From assembly GCF_009914755.1 (NCBI RefSeq), contig NC_060938.1: DNA of 64,000 nucleotides, one strand, 5' to 3'. The stretch comes from the human T2T-CHM13v2.0 reference genome, Homo sapiens. Of the stretch, positions 12,856 to 32,137 are shown piece by piece; positions within the stretch are counted from its first letter, which is position 1, and the number at the start of each line of letters is the position of its first letter. A program made the translations under genes and the position numbers. The notes beneath the pieces were generated by a model that searched no databases, was not told where the DNA came from, and saw only the letters and a list, made by a program, of their open reading frames with translations.

Positions 12856-14610
12856 AAATAGACATCGTCAAGCTGTTCTCCAAAATAAGGCTGTCACCGT
12901 TTACCTTCCTACCAGAAAAAAACAGTTAAGTCCCAAAGCCAGGGGGAGCACCAGTGTTAACCTCCTGGGTTGGGGCTGGCTGAGCCCGTGGCTATGCCTC
13001 CCTGGGCTTAGGTGGCAACCCTGCGAGGAGCTTGGGCCTCTCGTCTTTTGGGTTCCTGTTCAAAATGGGAAGTGGTCTCCAAACCCCAGGGCCCACCTGA
13101 GCCCCCTGAGATGGGAACCTCTCCAGACCTGCCCCTGAGATCCTGTCCCACCCCTGGACAAGGGCCTCTGTGCCTCTGAACAAAACTGGGGGGCCTGGTG
13201 CAGAGTCCTAGCTCAGGCTTCCAGAAGTCAGTGGTTTGAAGGGGTGCCCACCCTTGCTCCGTTGGGACATAGGGACGCAGGTGCCTGTCTCAGCCCCCAC
13301 ATGTGCACCCCCAGGGGCAGCAGCGTCCCCTCCAGTCTCTGGTTTGCATCATGCACAGGAGTGGGTGGGTGGGAGTTTCAGTCTCCCAGAGAGCATACTG
13401 TTGGGCCATGCTGTCTCTGGCCTCCTCACCCATGGAGGTCCTGCCCCGCCCCCATCTGAGGCTGGGTGGCCGAGGGGTCTGTTCTCAGACTGGGGCCTGG
13501 CGCTGGCCCGGTTTCCTGGAGGAGGAAGCGGGGGAGTGACCTGCGGAGGACTTCCAGCCTCCCCTTCCGCCTGCTGTGGGCTGCATGGCGCTGGGGCTCT
13601 GCCCAGCCCTGGAGAGTGTTGGCTGCTCTCCTTCCAGCTGACATGGAAATGCCATGCAGGGCACGCACGTGGGGCACTTTCTGCTGAGTCAGGTTTCTCT
13701 GACCTTCCTGAAATGTCACTTGTTCTGTAACTCACAAAAACTGGGGTGCTGGGATATGGTGCCTTCCTTCTCCCGGAAGTCCCTGCCGAGGGGGGCGGTG
13801 GTGGGGCATTCCCAGGGGGTGTTTGTCCTTTGCTGTCTTTACTTTCCCACCTTGTTCCTTGGGCCTCCCCTGACCTATTGACCCTGCCACAGCTCGCTCA
13901 CCCCAGGTCCCTGGGGGCTGTGCAGGATTCCGGGTCCTCCAGGGCCAGTGTGATCCTTGCTGGGTTCTCAGAGTGACCCTGGAGGGAGGTCCCCTGCCGA
14001 CCCTCACCTCCCGTTCCCAGGTCATCTGCCCCAGGGCCAGGTGTCCATCCACCCTGACTGTGACCATGTGCCTGTGACCTGCGTGACTGACCCCTGCCCT
14101 TGGGTGCCCAGGCCTAGCAGTGCCCCATGCCACTGGGTCCCCAGGCATCTGCCAGGAAAGGACAGCTCTAAAGTGGCCAGGGCAGCAGGGGTCCTGATGT
14201 CTGTTGAAGGCCCTTGGAATTCCCTGGCTTCATTGTGCCATCTCCCCGCTCTTCTCCCTCCCTCCTGCCTCCTGTCTTCCTACTCTCTCCCCTCCTTCCA
14301 CCCACCCAGCTGCTCTCCTCTCTGAGCCTGGCCCCACAACCAGAGGTGCTCACTCCTGCCTTCAACTGACTGCAGGTATCCAGGCATCTGGGCTGAGGGT
14401 GCCTCTGTGGCTTTGTTGACCAACCCAGGCTGACTTCAGAGGTGCTCTTCAGCCCCTGCTTTGCAAGTTCCTGGGGACCCGTGGCTGTCACTTTGGCCCC
14501 TTGATGTTTATGGTGGTTCCCGTAGCTAAGTGGATGCTGCCAAAGATGGAAAGTGGGGGACGCTATTCCACTGCCACTCAGAGCGAGACCAGGTGCTTCA
14601 AAAAGACTAG

Positions 14611-15468
14611 CAGGGTTGGGTGTGGTGGCTCATGCCTGTAACCCTAGCACTTTGGGAGGTCAAGGTGGGGGGACCACCTGAGGTCAGGAGTTTGAGATCA
14701 GCCTGGCCAACATGAGAAAAGCCCATCTCTACTGAAAATACAAAAATTAGCCGGGTGTGGTGGTATGCACCTGTAGTCTTAGCTACTTGGGAGGCTGAGG
14801 CGAAAGAATGGCTTGAACCCGGGGGCAGAGGTTGCAGTGAGCTGAGATCATGCCATTGCACTCCAGCCTGGGCAACAAGAGCAAAACTCTGTCTCTATAA
14901 AAAAAAAAAAAAAGGAAGAAAAAGAAAAGACCAGCAGGGCCAGGTGTGGTGGCTCATGCCTGCAATCCTAGCACTTTGGGAGGCTGAAGGGAGAGGATCT
15001 CCTGAGCACAGGGGTTCAAGGCTGCAGTGAGCCGTGATTGCACCACTACACTCTAGCCTAGGTGACAGAGCAAGATTCTGTCTCTATTAAAAAAAAAAAA
15101 AAAGGAATGGAGATGACAAAGAACAAGTCTTAATTGAATATTAACAAAAGCCAGAAGCTGATTGGAAAAGCTTAATAAAGTAGCAAACATGCCTGGCTAA
15201 TTTTTGTATTTTTAGTAGAGAGGAGTTTCACCATGTTGGCCAGGCTGGTTTCAAACTCCTGACCTCAGGTGATCAGCCCTCCTCGGCCTCCCGAAGTCCT
15301 GGGATTACAGGCATGAGCCACCACATCCGGCCAATTTTTGTATTTTTTGTAGAGATGGGGTTTCACCATGTTGCCCAGGCTGGTCTTGAGCTCCTGGGCT
15401 CAGGTGATCCACCTGCCTTGGCCTCCCAAAGGGCTGCGATTCCAAGTGTGAGCCACCGCGTCTGGCTA
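14611..15468. mobile_element. Alu cluster: full Alu (+) 14611-14925, monomer (+) 14938-15105, two antisense left arms 15187-15468
   Basis: Alu consensus blocks and A tails. Confidence 0.9.
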
Positions 15469-15779
15469 AGGAGTATTTTCCTTAGCAGATACAAATTTAT
15501 TTAAATTAGCTATGCTAGTTAAAACAATATGGAATTGGCAGAAGTATAAACATTGACTAATGGAATGTACCAGCAGAAACACATGCGATCGTAATGTGCT
15601 TCAGAAATGGCCTCATTCATCTGTGGGGAAAGGATATACTTCTGGGTAAATGGTTTGGTGATAACTGAACATTCATGTAGGAAATAAAATGCAATCACAA
15701 CACACACAACTCCAAATGGATGGATAATCTCATTGTGAAAAAGAGGAAGGAACAAATGGGGGAGTGGGATGGATTAAAG

Positions 15780-16057
15780 CAGTGGTCCCCAACCTTTTTG
15801 CCGCCAGGGACCGGTTTTGTGGAAGACAGTTTTTCCACAGACGGTGATGGGAATGGTTTCCAGTGAAACTGTCCCACCTCCGATCATCAGCCATCAGATT
15901 CTCATAAGCAGCGTGCAGCCTGGATCCCTCGCGTGCACAGTTACAATAGGGTTCTTCCGGAGCTCAGGTGGGAATGCTCACTCCCTGGTGCTCATCTCCT
16001 GCTGTGCGGCCAGTTGCTAACAGGCCAGGAACCTGTCCTGGGGGTTGGGGACCTCTG
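15780..16057. mobile_element. MER1-type (probably MER1B) hAT-Charlie non-autonomous DNA transposon
   Basis: TIRs cagtggtccccaacc ... ggttggggacctctg; internal ttttgtggaagaca...tttttccac. Confidence 0.85.
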
Positions 16058-17617
16058 GTCTACAGCACAGGTGACTTTTCTGTACCAGAGCTAGGAATGA
16101 AGGGCTGGCTGAGCTGGTGCTTCCTGCCACCTGTGTAGTGGTGCAGGTGTCCATGGTCCAGGGCTGGCCAGGGGCATCTCCTGTCCTGGCTTGGCTTCTG
16201 CCCCTGGGTCCGTGGTGGCTGCCTGGGACCTGCCCTTGCAGCCAGGGTGAAAGGAGTGGGCAGGGCCTGCTGCCTCTGCTCAGGGCCCCTAGTGGGGCTG
16301 CTTGCTCAGCACCCTTGCCCCGTCTCTGGCCACGTAGCCGTCACCCAGCTAGCATGGGGAGGCTCGCTACCAAGGGGTGGGGGGCTGGAGAACGGAGCTT
16401 GGAGACAGCTGGCAGTCTCGGCCACACATAGAGACACCCGCTCCTGAGACCTGCAGTGCCTGCAGAGGGGAAGAAACGGGGCTGGCGGGGAGAGCACACA
16501 GTGCGTTTCTGTGGTCAGGCCCCTTTATTTCTTCAAATAGATCCCAAGTGTAGAGAACATGTGCTCATTCTTGTTGGCAGGCCTGTGGGTTTTTGTGTCT
16601 CACTCTGAACTTTTCCTGTATGCCTCTCGCTTCTCTCTGTCAGAAAACAAAACAGAAGCCTCTATTCTCTGGGATTCGGATTCAAGTCGGCTCTTTTATT
16701 CACCTATTTCGAGCAGACACAATGAAAGAGGAAACAGATAACACTGTGGGTATTCAGCAAGTTGTCTTGGATGTGAACATTGAGTTTCCACTTGTCACTG
16801 TGATTTTATTTTATATTGAGTTGTTTTTAAAATATGCTTTGCTTCACTTTCGTTGCTGTTGAATCTATTACAGCTGCACGGTGTCCTGAACACAGTGGCA
16901 GGCTGGTGATGAATCGTCTTCTGTAGGTTTTCTGGTGTCTTTGTTATGATTCTCTCAGGGCCAAGTGTGGTGCACCTGGCCTGGGCAAACCTTTAGGCCT
17001 CGCTCTCAGAACCAACTGTGGATAATAAGCAAATAACATGTTTTGTTTATCTGCGCAGTTTCTGAATGCAAATGATTCTTTTTATTCCTTATTTTATTTA
17101 TTTATGTTTTAGAGACAGAGTCTTGCCGTGTTGCCCAGGCTGGAGCTTTTTATTCTTCGTGTTTGCACAGTGGCTGTAGCTATGTGTAGTGACAGCAGAG
17201 ACAGGCCTGAGAGGGGCAGCCACGTTCCCCCTGGGCAGGATCTGTCTGCTACGGGACCGCAAGCTGCGACTTTTTCCTTCTAAGTGTGCGGAGAGGAGCC
17301 CCTGCCTAGGGACGGGGAGCCGTAGCCTGCTGTTTTTGTGACAAGCATCTTGGGCGAGGGGGCACTGGGCTGTGCTGCATAGATGGTGAGCACTGGACTC
17401 ACCCCCAGCCCCAAGTCAAACGAATGTAAGGAACGTGAGCTTCTGGAAACGAGCGTGGAAGCCTGAGTGGTGAGGAAGGGAAATCTTGCAGTACCTGCAC
17501 ACTCCCCAAATGCCTCTTGTGGGTTTGCAGTACCTGCGCACTCCCCAAATGCCTCTTGTGGATTTGTTTGTTTGTTTGTTTACAATTAGTTCATCCACAG
17601 CAGGATCCAAGCTGCTG

Positions 17618-17619
<2 letters not shown>

Positions 17620-17661
<42 letters not shown>

Positions 17662-17675
17662 TATGTGTGAGAGAG

Positions 17676-17682
<7 letters not shown>
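17620..17682. repeat. (TG)n(AG)n compound microsatellite at an Alu tail
   Basis: About 20 TG units followed by an AG run. Confidence 0.95.
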
Positions 17683-21170
<3,488 letters not shown>

Positions 21171-21837
21171 CTCTTAGTCTCTCTCCTCTGTCTTTCTTCC
21201 TCTTGCATTGTGTTGAGTAAGAGAGAGTCTGTGGGAATCCGGGCAGCCCCAGTGGAGTGGGGTGGAACCAGGACGAGGGTCCCTGCTGGAGGAGCGCCCC
21301 CTCAGGCCAGGCCCTTCCGCGTTTCTGCCAAGTCCTAGGAGACTCTGACTTAATGCCTGACTTATTTTGTGATATACTGAGTTATGAGAATGACTTTAAA
21401 GCTCACAGGTGGCCTCAGAGTGCACCTTGTGCTCACAAACACTGACGGGCGACAGTGGACAGTCTGACTGCAGCTCGGGGAATGAGTTGAAGGACTCTGA
21501 CAGAGATGTCTGTAGTAGGCAGGCTTGTCACACTCATTGTTTAAGCTCCATGCCTGTTTACCTAAAAAGCTGGACTTAAATACATCGAACTTGGAACTCA
21601 GAAAAATAAAACATCTTCTGACCTGGGTAGGTCCGTCTTCCAGTGTTGGAAAGCAGACTCATTTCCGGGTTAGTCCTGTGCTGCTTTTTGACCTACACTG
21701 ACCCGATCTTGTTTGGAACAGGCCGCCCTGTGCATGATTTGGTCCCATGCAGAATCACACAGCCCGGTTGGTGACTTTGATGGCTGTCAGGCACTGCTCG
21801 CGTCTGCAGCCCTGTCTGCAGAGAGCACCCCGTGGCC

Positions 21838-22425
21838 CTGCATGCACGGCTCCCCCACCCCCGCCCACACAACATCCCCCCCACCGCCTGCACGGCTCCC
21901 CCACCCACACCCGCACAACTTCCCCCCCACCCCCTGCACAGTTCCCCCACTCCCACGCGCACGACTTCCCCCCCTACCCCCTGCACGGCTCCCCCACCCC
22001 CACCCGCACGGCATCACCCCCACCGCCTGCACGGCTCCCCCACCCCCACCCGCACGGCATCACCCCCACCGCCTGCACGGCTCCCCCACCCCCACCCGCA
22101 CAACTTCCCCCCCACCCCCTGCACGGCTCCCCCACCCCCACCCCCACGCGCATGACTTTCCCCCCACCCCCTGCACGGCTCCCCCACTCCCACGCGCATG
22201 ACTTCCCCCCCACCCCCTGCACGGCTCCCCCACTCCCACGCGCATGACTTCCCCCCCACCCCCTGCACGGCTCCCCCACCCCCACCCCCACCCGCACGGC
22301 ATCACCCCCTACCCCCTGCACGGCTCCCCCACCCCCACCTGCACAGCATCCCCCCACCACTGCATGGCTCCCCCACCTCTGCCCACACAGCTTCCCTACC
22401 CCCGCCTGCACGGCTCCCCCACTGC
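21838..22425. repeat. C-rich minisatellite, roughly 40-50-bp unit, about 12-13 copies
   Basis: ctgcacggctcccccacccccacccgcac...cccccac repeated. Confidence 0.95.
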
Positions 22426-23881
22426 CTGTTGTCCGCTGTCCCCGTTGCACCTCCCACCTGCTGCCCTGCTGTCAAGTCAGGCGCGTCCCACCCAGAGTGC
22501 TCTGGTGTCTGCCCCTTGGCTTCTCTCAGCAGCTCAGTGGAGTGTAGACAGTGTAGTAGATCATCACCTGAGCAGCCAGGATGGGAGTGGGGTCTCTGTG
22601 GTCTCCATTTTACAAATGGGTTGACAGGTGCTCAGGAAGCCCTGTGATGTCCTGAGGCCGCCCAGGCAGTCATACACAGGCTGTACCCATCCAGTGCTCC
22701 CGTTGCCTGGGGGCAGGGATGTGTGCTGGAAGGGCCTGGGACTGCCTTCCCACCGCCATGTCCACACCCAATGCCCAGGGGTGGAGACGGAAGCACGTGG
22801 CGGCCACTGTGGCACTGGTGGGTGGCTGCGTTCCATGGCCTGACTGTGTCTGGCGCCTGTTCTGGTGTTTTACATTCATACTTTGAGGGCCAAGCACCAG
22901 CCCAGGAGGTGGGTGCCACAAGTCCAGACTTCCCCAAGGGAAAGTGTCCCCAGCACAGACTCAGCCACTCAGAACTTGTTGGTCTTAGAGCCTGAAGCCG
23001 GGCAGGGCAGACAGTGCCATCCCTATCTGGATGGTGGTGCCTTCACCCTTCTGCTGTCCTGAGCAAGAAGAAAAATGAGCCAAGCTTCAAAGAGAGCTGT
23101 GCCAAAGTTTCCGGAAAGCTTGCCAGTGTGGGTGTTGCACCCCACACACCTTCAGGCATGGGTGGGTGGTGTGGGCATCTTCACTGGATGGATTTGGAGC
23201 CCTGGCGCGTGTACGGCAGATGCCCCGGGGAGATGGCATGTTCACACGGGGCAGCACTAGGCAGAGTGGAGGGTAGGGTCTACACCCCTCCACTCCTCAG
23301 CAACAGAGCCCTGGACACTGGGTGTGTCCTTCAGACTGTCCCTGGCGTCTCCAGCACTCCTGTGGCCTCAGGACGGAATGATGGAGGTGAAATGAACAGA
23401 AGGAAGGTTGGGGGAAAGCGTATCCCAGCTATGGGCAGGGGGTCCTGGGGTGGGCAGGATTTGGGGCGGCTGGGCCTGGGGCTGGATAGGGCCGCGGGAG
23501 AGGGGAGGCCTGTGCTCTCACAGCTGGGAGCTGGCTCAGGACTCTCAGATCTTCTCTTTGTGGCCTGTCATCCCTCCTACCTGCCTGTCCACAGGCCCAC
23601 ACTGAGTGAGTTCCATGGGAGGGAGGCTCACCCTCAGGGGCCTTCAGGAGATGGGACCTCTGGCCCGGCAGCCAACGGATGCTGAGGGGTGCCCACCATG
23701 TGCAGGGACAGCTGGGGTGATGTCTTGGAGCCCTGTGAGGTCCTGGGGCCGCCCAGGCAGTCACACCCCGCCCTGCACCCCAGGGTGCAGGCTCCCGGGG
23801 TGACACAGTGCTGGGACGGCACAGGGCCGCGTCCTGAGGAGAGGGCGGAGCCCCGAGGCTGAGCTGTGCCTTGCCTCACAG

Positions 23882-23969
23882 GTTGTGCAGCCTGACTCTG
23901 AAGAAGCTGGTGGTCTTCAAGGAGCTGGAGAAGGAGCTGATCTCCGTGGTGATCGCTGTCAAGATGCAG
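23882..23969 (+). CDS. PACS2: PACS2 exon 2 (88 nt; (R)[29 protein letters not shown]), N-terminal furin/cargo-binding region
   Basis: Acceptor cacag|G, donor CAG|gtgagg; translation matches the recalled PACS2 sequence; frame continues into exon 3. Confidence 0.97.
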
Positions 23970-25170
23970 GTGAGGCCGCTTGTGACCCCGGCTGTGGCTG
24001 GGTGCTGTGTAGGCTTTCCATGTGCCTGGGAGACGAGTCAGGCGGTGCGCTACTGTGGGGCCTTGTGCCAAAACAGCGGGCAGCCCATGCCATCTCCGGG
24101 AGCCCGGGGGGCTGGGAATGACAGGATGCTCCTGGGTCCAGTCCTGTCCCGCACAAGGGAGGCAGGCCCGGCCTTCTGGGATGTGGAGGTCACATGCATG
24201 GGGCCTTCCCAGGGCAGAGCTGCCCTCGAGTCACCTCACAGTGATGGACGGGCCCCAAGCACCTGGAGCCAGGGCTTCCCTGCTGCACTCAGCACCCACT
24301 TCCTGCCCACTTTTTGTGGGGTGGAGGGCGTCGGTGGGAGAGGGGAGCAGGGCACTCTGGGAGGCGAGGGCCTAGCCAGAACTCCCAGCCCCTGGTGCCA
24401 GGGCCTCTCTCCTGACCCTAGTGGGTCCTGTGACCTCTCGAAGGCTTTGAACAAGTAGCGGTTCCAGAGGGGTCATGCTGGTGTCTTCCCCATGCCTGGC
24501 CCAGGCCCCGCCCCCTCCTTGGGGTAGAGCTGCCATGACCCTTGCAGCATGGCCTTTGCCCAGTGGCCCAGACAGGGAGGTGTCCCCGCCAACTGTCAGG
24601 GCCACCCCTGCCCTTTCAGGGTCATACGGTTCCAGGTGTGTGGCCTGTATAGGGCCACCGCCAGCGGGCTCTCCCTAGCCGGCACCACTCATGGGCAAGT
24701 CTCACCCATGTCCTCAGCATACAGGAGTGTCCTTCTGTGTGGCCGTCCAGCGTGACAGGGTGGGGTCTCAGTGGCTGTTGTGCTCCTGACCCCAGCCCAT
24801 CAGCTCCTCGAGGATGGGGCCCTGCCCTTGGAGCCCATGTCCAAGGCCCCACACAGGTCCCTGCAGCTGGCCGGATTCTTGACACCTGCTGTGGCTCTGA
24901 CACGGGGTCTCCGGGTCTCCCCGACCTGCAGAGTAGCACCTGAGCCTCGGCCAGTGTGGCTGAGGTCACCAGCCAAGCACTGGGTCTTGAGTGCGAGGAG
25001 GCCTGAGGCTTGTTGTCTGTCCCAGTCAATTGCCACTATGTGAAACCTACTGCATCTTAAATAAACGTCTGGAGAAACCCTTTTCCTCGCTGAACATGCT
25101 CGTGGATTAGCAGCAGCCTACATCTGCGGCGTGTGCTGGTGGCCAGGTTCCCCGGGTGGTGGGGCCTTGC

Positions 25171-25585
25171 CCCAGGAACTTCCAGGAGCGTGTGGCTAAT
25201 AGCAGGACCCCAAGAACTTCCAGGAGTGCGTGGCTAATGCAGGACCCGGAGAACTTCCAGGAGAGCGTGGCTAATAGCAGGACCCCGAGAACTTCCAGGA
25301 GAGCGTGGCTAATGCAGGACCCCGAGAACTTCCAGGAGAGCGTGGCTAATAGCAGGACCCCGAGAACTTCCGGGAGCGCGTGGCTAATAGCAGGACCCCG
25401 AGAACTTCCGGGAGCGCGTGGCTAATAGCAGGACCCCGAGAACTTCCAGGAGAGCGTGGCTAATAGCAGGACCCCGAGAACTTCCGGGAGCGCGTGGCTA
25501 ATAGCAGGACCCCGAGAACTTCCGGGAGCGCGTGGCTAATAGCAGGACCCCAAGAACTTCCAGGAGTGCGTGGCTGATAGCAGGA
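25171..25585. repeat. Minisatellite, 37-38-bp unit, about 11 copies
   Basis: gagaacttcc(a)ggag(a/c)gcgtggctaatagcaggacccc repeated. Confidence 0.95.
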
Positions 25586-27060
25586 TGGAAGCGTCTCTCC
25601 GCCTGTCCTGCCCATGGGTGTGGCCATGCCCAGGGTGCCCAGTACCTGCTGCAGTCTGGCTGCGGGTCGTCCCTGGGGAACAGGGAGCTCTCTGTGGGCC
25701 ATTGCCACCAGGCCGTGAGGCTGTGTCTGGACCTCTTGGCTTGGGGGGCAGGGGTCAGGGTCTCATTGGGTCTTCAGAGCAATGCAGAAAGGCATGAAGG
25801 CAAGAGTCGACCCCTCACTGACTTCTGAGTCTGGTGCTGTTGACCTCTAACCTCTGGCATGGGGCCCCACCCCACACTGACCCTGTTCCTTGGCCCCATT
25901 CCTTCCTCTGCCTGTCTCTGGTCCTGCCCCAGCCTGTGTCTTGACCGAGAGCTTGGCCCCAGGGCCCCTCAGAGCCCCACCTCTCCAGCCCCTCTGTGTA
26001 GCGCATGGACTGGCTGCCCATGCCCTCCCTGCCCACCCCAGCTCAGCAGCCACGTGGCCCTTGGCCTCCCTTGATCACCCCAGCTCCTCATCTGCTTCTC
26101 TTGGGGTGTCCTCTCCGCCCAGGCCCCCTGTGGGGGAAGCAGCCAGCCTGGCCCCGCAGCCCCACCTGCCCCTCAGCCTTCTCTGGCGTGCACCTTCGCC
26201 TCACTGGCTGGTGGCACACACTGTCCTTTTCCCGACACAGCTGGGTCCCTGCAGGTCCTCTGAGGGGGGAATGCTAAGAGGGACCCGACGCAGAGCACAT
26301 TTGCAGGGAAACATCTCTGAAGGGTCAAGGGGAGGAGCAGGGAGAGTCCAGACCACAACGCAGGGGCAGCTGGGGAGAGGAGAGGGGACAGGAGGGCTGG
26401 CCGAGGAGAGCCGCGCTGCCTCTTGCCACGCTGCACGTGAGGCCCCAGCACAAGGGGAGGACCAGAGTCCGCCATGGACGTCTCATGGAGCCCGAGTACG
26501 GCCATGCGGGCCGCCCGCACCTGTCCTGAGGCCCCGCTGCTCCCACCCGAACCTGGGCTGGCCCCGGGCTCCCGTTGTCTGTCCTGGACCCCCGCCCGCC
26601 CTCCAGCCACCTGGCACCTCTCATCCACTGTGTCCCGCGCGCCGGCCTCCGGGAACCTTGTGCCTGGGACCCCGCAGCGGCTGCTTGTTTCTCGGGGCAC
26701 GAGGTCCCCAAGCTCATCCTTGTTGGGATGGTCCCATTTAAAACAGCACTGCGATAAGCACGTTCAATCCATTAGGAATCTATTTTGATATAAAGTTTGC
26801 GGTTGGGGTCCTGTTGTCTTTCACGCAAATGACTCGTTATCCATTTAGCAGGTGCGTGTGATGTCTCCTGCTGGCCTGAAGCTCACTGGGTATGAACTGT
26901 GTTTTCAGGTGCTCATGCATTTCCTGCACCTACATCTAGGCTTCTACTACCCTCATTTTTGTGACAGCATCTCCGTATTTTAAGTATTGTATCTCTGTAT
27001 GTTTTACTTTCTGAGAGGACCAGTCAGGCCTGATCATTCTTCTTTTTAGAAAATGCTTTA

Positions 27061-27505
27061 GGCCAGGTGCAGTGGCTCATGCCTAATCCCAGCACTGTGG
27101 GAGGCCGAGGAGGGTGGATTGCTTGAACTCAGGAGTTGGAGACCAGTCTGGGCAACATGACTAATCCTTGTCTCTTAACAAAATACAAAAATTATTGTAT
27201 ATTTTTTTGTGGTGGTACATGCCTGTAGTCCCAGGTGCTAGGGAGGCTGAGGCTGGAGGATTGCCTGAGCCTAGGAGGTCAAGGCTGTAGTGAGTTGAGA
27301 TCGAGCCACTGCCCCACAGCCTGGGTGACAGAGACCCTGTCTCAAAAAATAAAAACAAAAAATAAAAAAATGCTTTAAGCCAAGCATGGAGGCACATGCC
27401 TGTAAGGCTGAGCTACTTAGGAGGCTGAGGCAGGAGGATTGCTTGAGCCCGGGAGCTCAAGTCCAGCCTGAGCAACACAGCGAGACCTGTCTCTCAAAAC
27501 CAAAA
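27061..27505 (+). mobile_element. AluJ-like element plus partial Alu
   Basis: Alu consensus; TSD-like aaaatgcttta flanking the first element. Confidence 0.9.
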
Positions 27506-27874
27506 CCAGAAGAGGCTTGGTGCCTCCAGATTTGTTCTGCCAGACAGACTTGGGCAGCGCAGTCAGGTGCTGCTGCACCTGGCCGTGGAATCTGTTTTGT
27601 GATCGCGTTAACTTCAGCAGGAGCCGCTCCTGGTTTCTCTCTCATGTCTTAGGGCAGATTCCTGGAGGTGGAACCTGTGGGCCGAAGGGTCTCCATGTTT
27701 TTAAGGTTCTTGGGAAAGATGCCAGGGCACCTCTGAGAATTACCCCAGCCTGTGCCTACCACCCCCAGACTGCAGGGCTGCAATCCTGCCAGTTTTAGAG
27801 TGCAGGAGTCACGGTGTCTTTGCCTGGTTTCCTGCTGATATGCAGTCCTTTGAGCTAGAACAGGTCTTGCTTAA

Positions 27875-28968
<1,094 letters not shown>

Positions 28969-29073
28969 AGAGCATTTGTCTCATCATTGCCATCAGTGTC
29001 CTGCGTTACTGCAGATCTTCTGTTGATTATGGTTTATTCTTAAATGATTAGAAGATTTGTATTTGTTTATTAG

Positions 29074-29905
<832 letters not shown>

Positions 29906-30500
29906 AATGCTCCATGGTTCAGTGGGTTTTGATAGGCATGCTCAGGCATGTCAGCACCACCGCAGTTAGGGTGGTGAACAGCCCCATTTTCCCCTAAGTA
30001 TTTAAACTGATTTTTATTTGTGAACTCTGAGTGTCTAAGAGATACCTGTGAACATCAGCTTGCTGGAGCCCTGCTGGACAGGGAGCCTGTGGTGAGACGT
30101 GCAGGCGAGTTGGGTGAACAGGGGGCCTCGGAGGGAGAGCCCTCCCCGCCCTGTGTGCCCCTCGCGGAAAAGCGTCCTGGGTCCCACCTTGCTGATTGCC
30201 TCAGGCACATGAGCCGCCACACTGTTTCCGAGTGTCCACAGGCGCGCTCGGCCATCCCGGACACTGCAGCACATAGTCCTTGTCCACCTGCCATGGCTGT
30301 TAGCGTGGCGCGGAGCCCTCAGGGCCTGAGCTCTGGCGACTGGCTCACTCTTGATTGTGTTGGGTAAAGGATGGGCTCTGGGGACCGGCATGCCACTGGG
30401 ATGAACTTGGGGGCCCGTCTGTGGGTGCCCTTCCGATCTCATGGGCAGCAGGTTGGCCTGGTCGCAGGCTGCAGGGTGGCTGGGCCGTCAGAGGCCGTGA

Positions 30501-30791
<291 letters not shown>

Positions 30792-32137
30792 TGAAAATGA
30801 TGAGAGGAGCCTGGGCGGCCGGGCTCCGCCATAAGGGCCAGGTGCGGCCCCAGGTGGTGCTTCCTCTCTGACCTTCCCTTGCCGCCTAGCATGGCTCCCC
30901 GCATGCCTGCAGCCGCGCGCACTCCCCTCTAACGAGCCTGTCCTGCCCTTCAGTGGAGGCTGGGTTTTGGGTCAGGCTGCTCTGGAGTCCTTCCCATGGA
31001 GGAATCGCTGCTGTCCCCACACCACGGGTGCGTCCTGTGATGGGTTCGTGTCTGCATCCTGCTCAGCACGTGCTCTGGCCCAGGATTGGCTGAGCAGGAG
31101 CAGGACAGGTGTCAGTTCTGTGAAGGGGCTAGCGACAATACCCGAGCAGGGCGGGGGCAGCACCCAGAGGTCAGAGGGGTGGCTGGAGTTCCCTGGAGGG
31201 GAAAGAAGGGGAAGTACCTCAAAAGGAAAAGAAACAGCCAAGCAGCAGCCCACCTTGCTCCAGAGAACCCAGCGTTCCAAGGAGGCTGCAGTAGGGCGTG
31301 GGGGCCTGGGAGAAGACACCCCAGGCTGAGGCCTCGGACTTTCTCATGGACCCTTTCGGGGCTGCAAGATTGGCTCTGGGAGAAGGGGCAGCCCAGGGCC
31401 CCAGACCAGTTTGTCTCTTTTGCTTCAGAACTTTCCCCATCGTGGGGTTGTGTTCAGGGGTCCAGGGGCTGCGGGCGTGAGTGGTGCTTGGGGCATGTGA
31501 AGCTGGGTTGCTGCCTGCCTGGGGCCTGGGAAGGTCAGCCAGCGCAGCCCCTCATTGGGAGCCGGAGATGCCAGAGCCCCCCAGCCCCTCTTCTTCCCAC
31601 TTTGTCCCCCTGCTCCTGGGGCTTGGGGCTGGGACAGTGGGGGTGCCCACTTGTAGCTGGTTCCCCCACACCCCCAGGCCCAGCCTGCAGGCCTCCTGTC
31701 TCCCAGGTCAAGCGCTAGGTCCCCCAGATCCTCACACACCCCCACTTACGCATCCAGGACAAGTGCCAAGTACTACTCTGGGCTCAGCCCTCCCTGCTAC
31801 CCCAGGAGATGGGAGCGTGGAGGGTACAGGAAGCAGCAGTGGCGTCCCGAGGCCTCGCTTCTCCGTGCCGCCGCAGGGCCTCAGACAAGCTTTGCAGTCT
31901 TCCCGATTCCTTCGGCAAACCACGGACAGCACGGGTGGACCGGGCCTCCAGGCTGCACTTCCCAGGGCCCTGGGACCCCTCTGGTGGCCTGGAGCTGCCC
32001 ATCATCCCAGCCTCCCTCCTGCAGGCTGAGCGATGGGTGAACAGGTAGCTCAGGGATGCTCTCTGGGCTGTGAGAGCCTCCTGGGAGCCACCGCTTGCTT
32101 CCTGTGGAGCAGGAGGGTCCAGGCACTGTGGGGAGGT

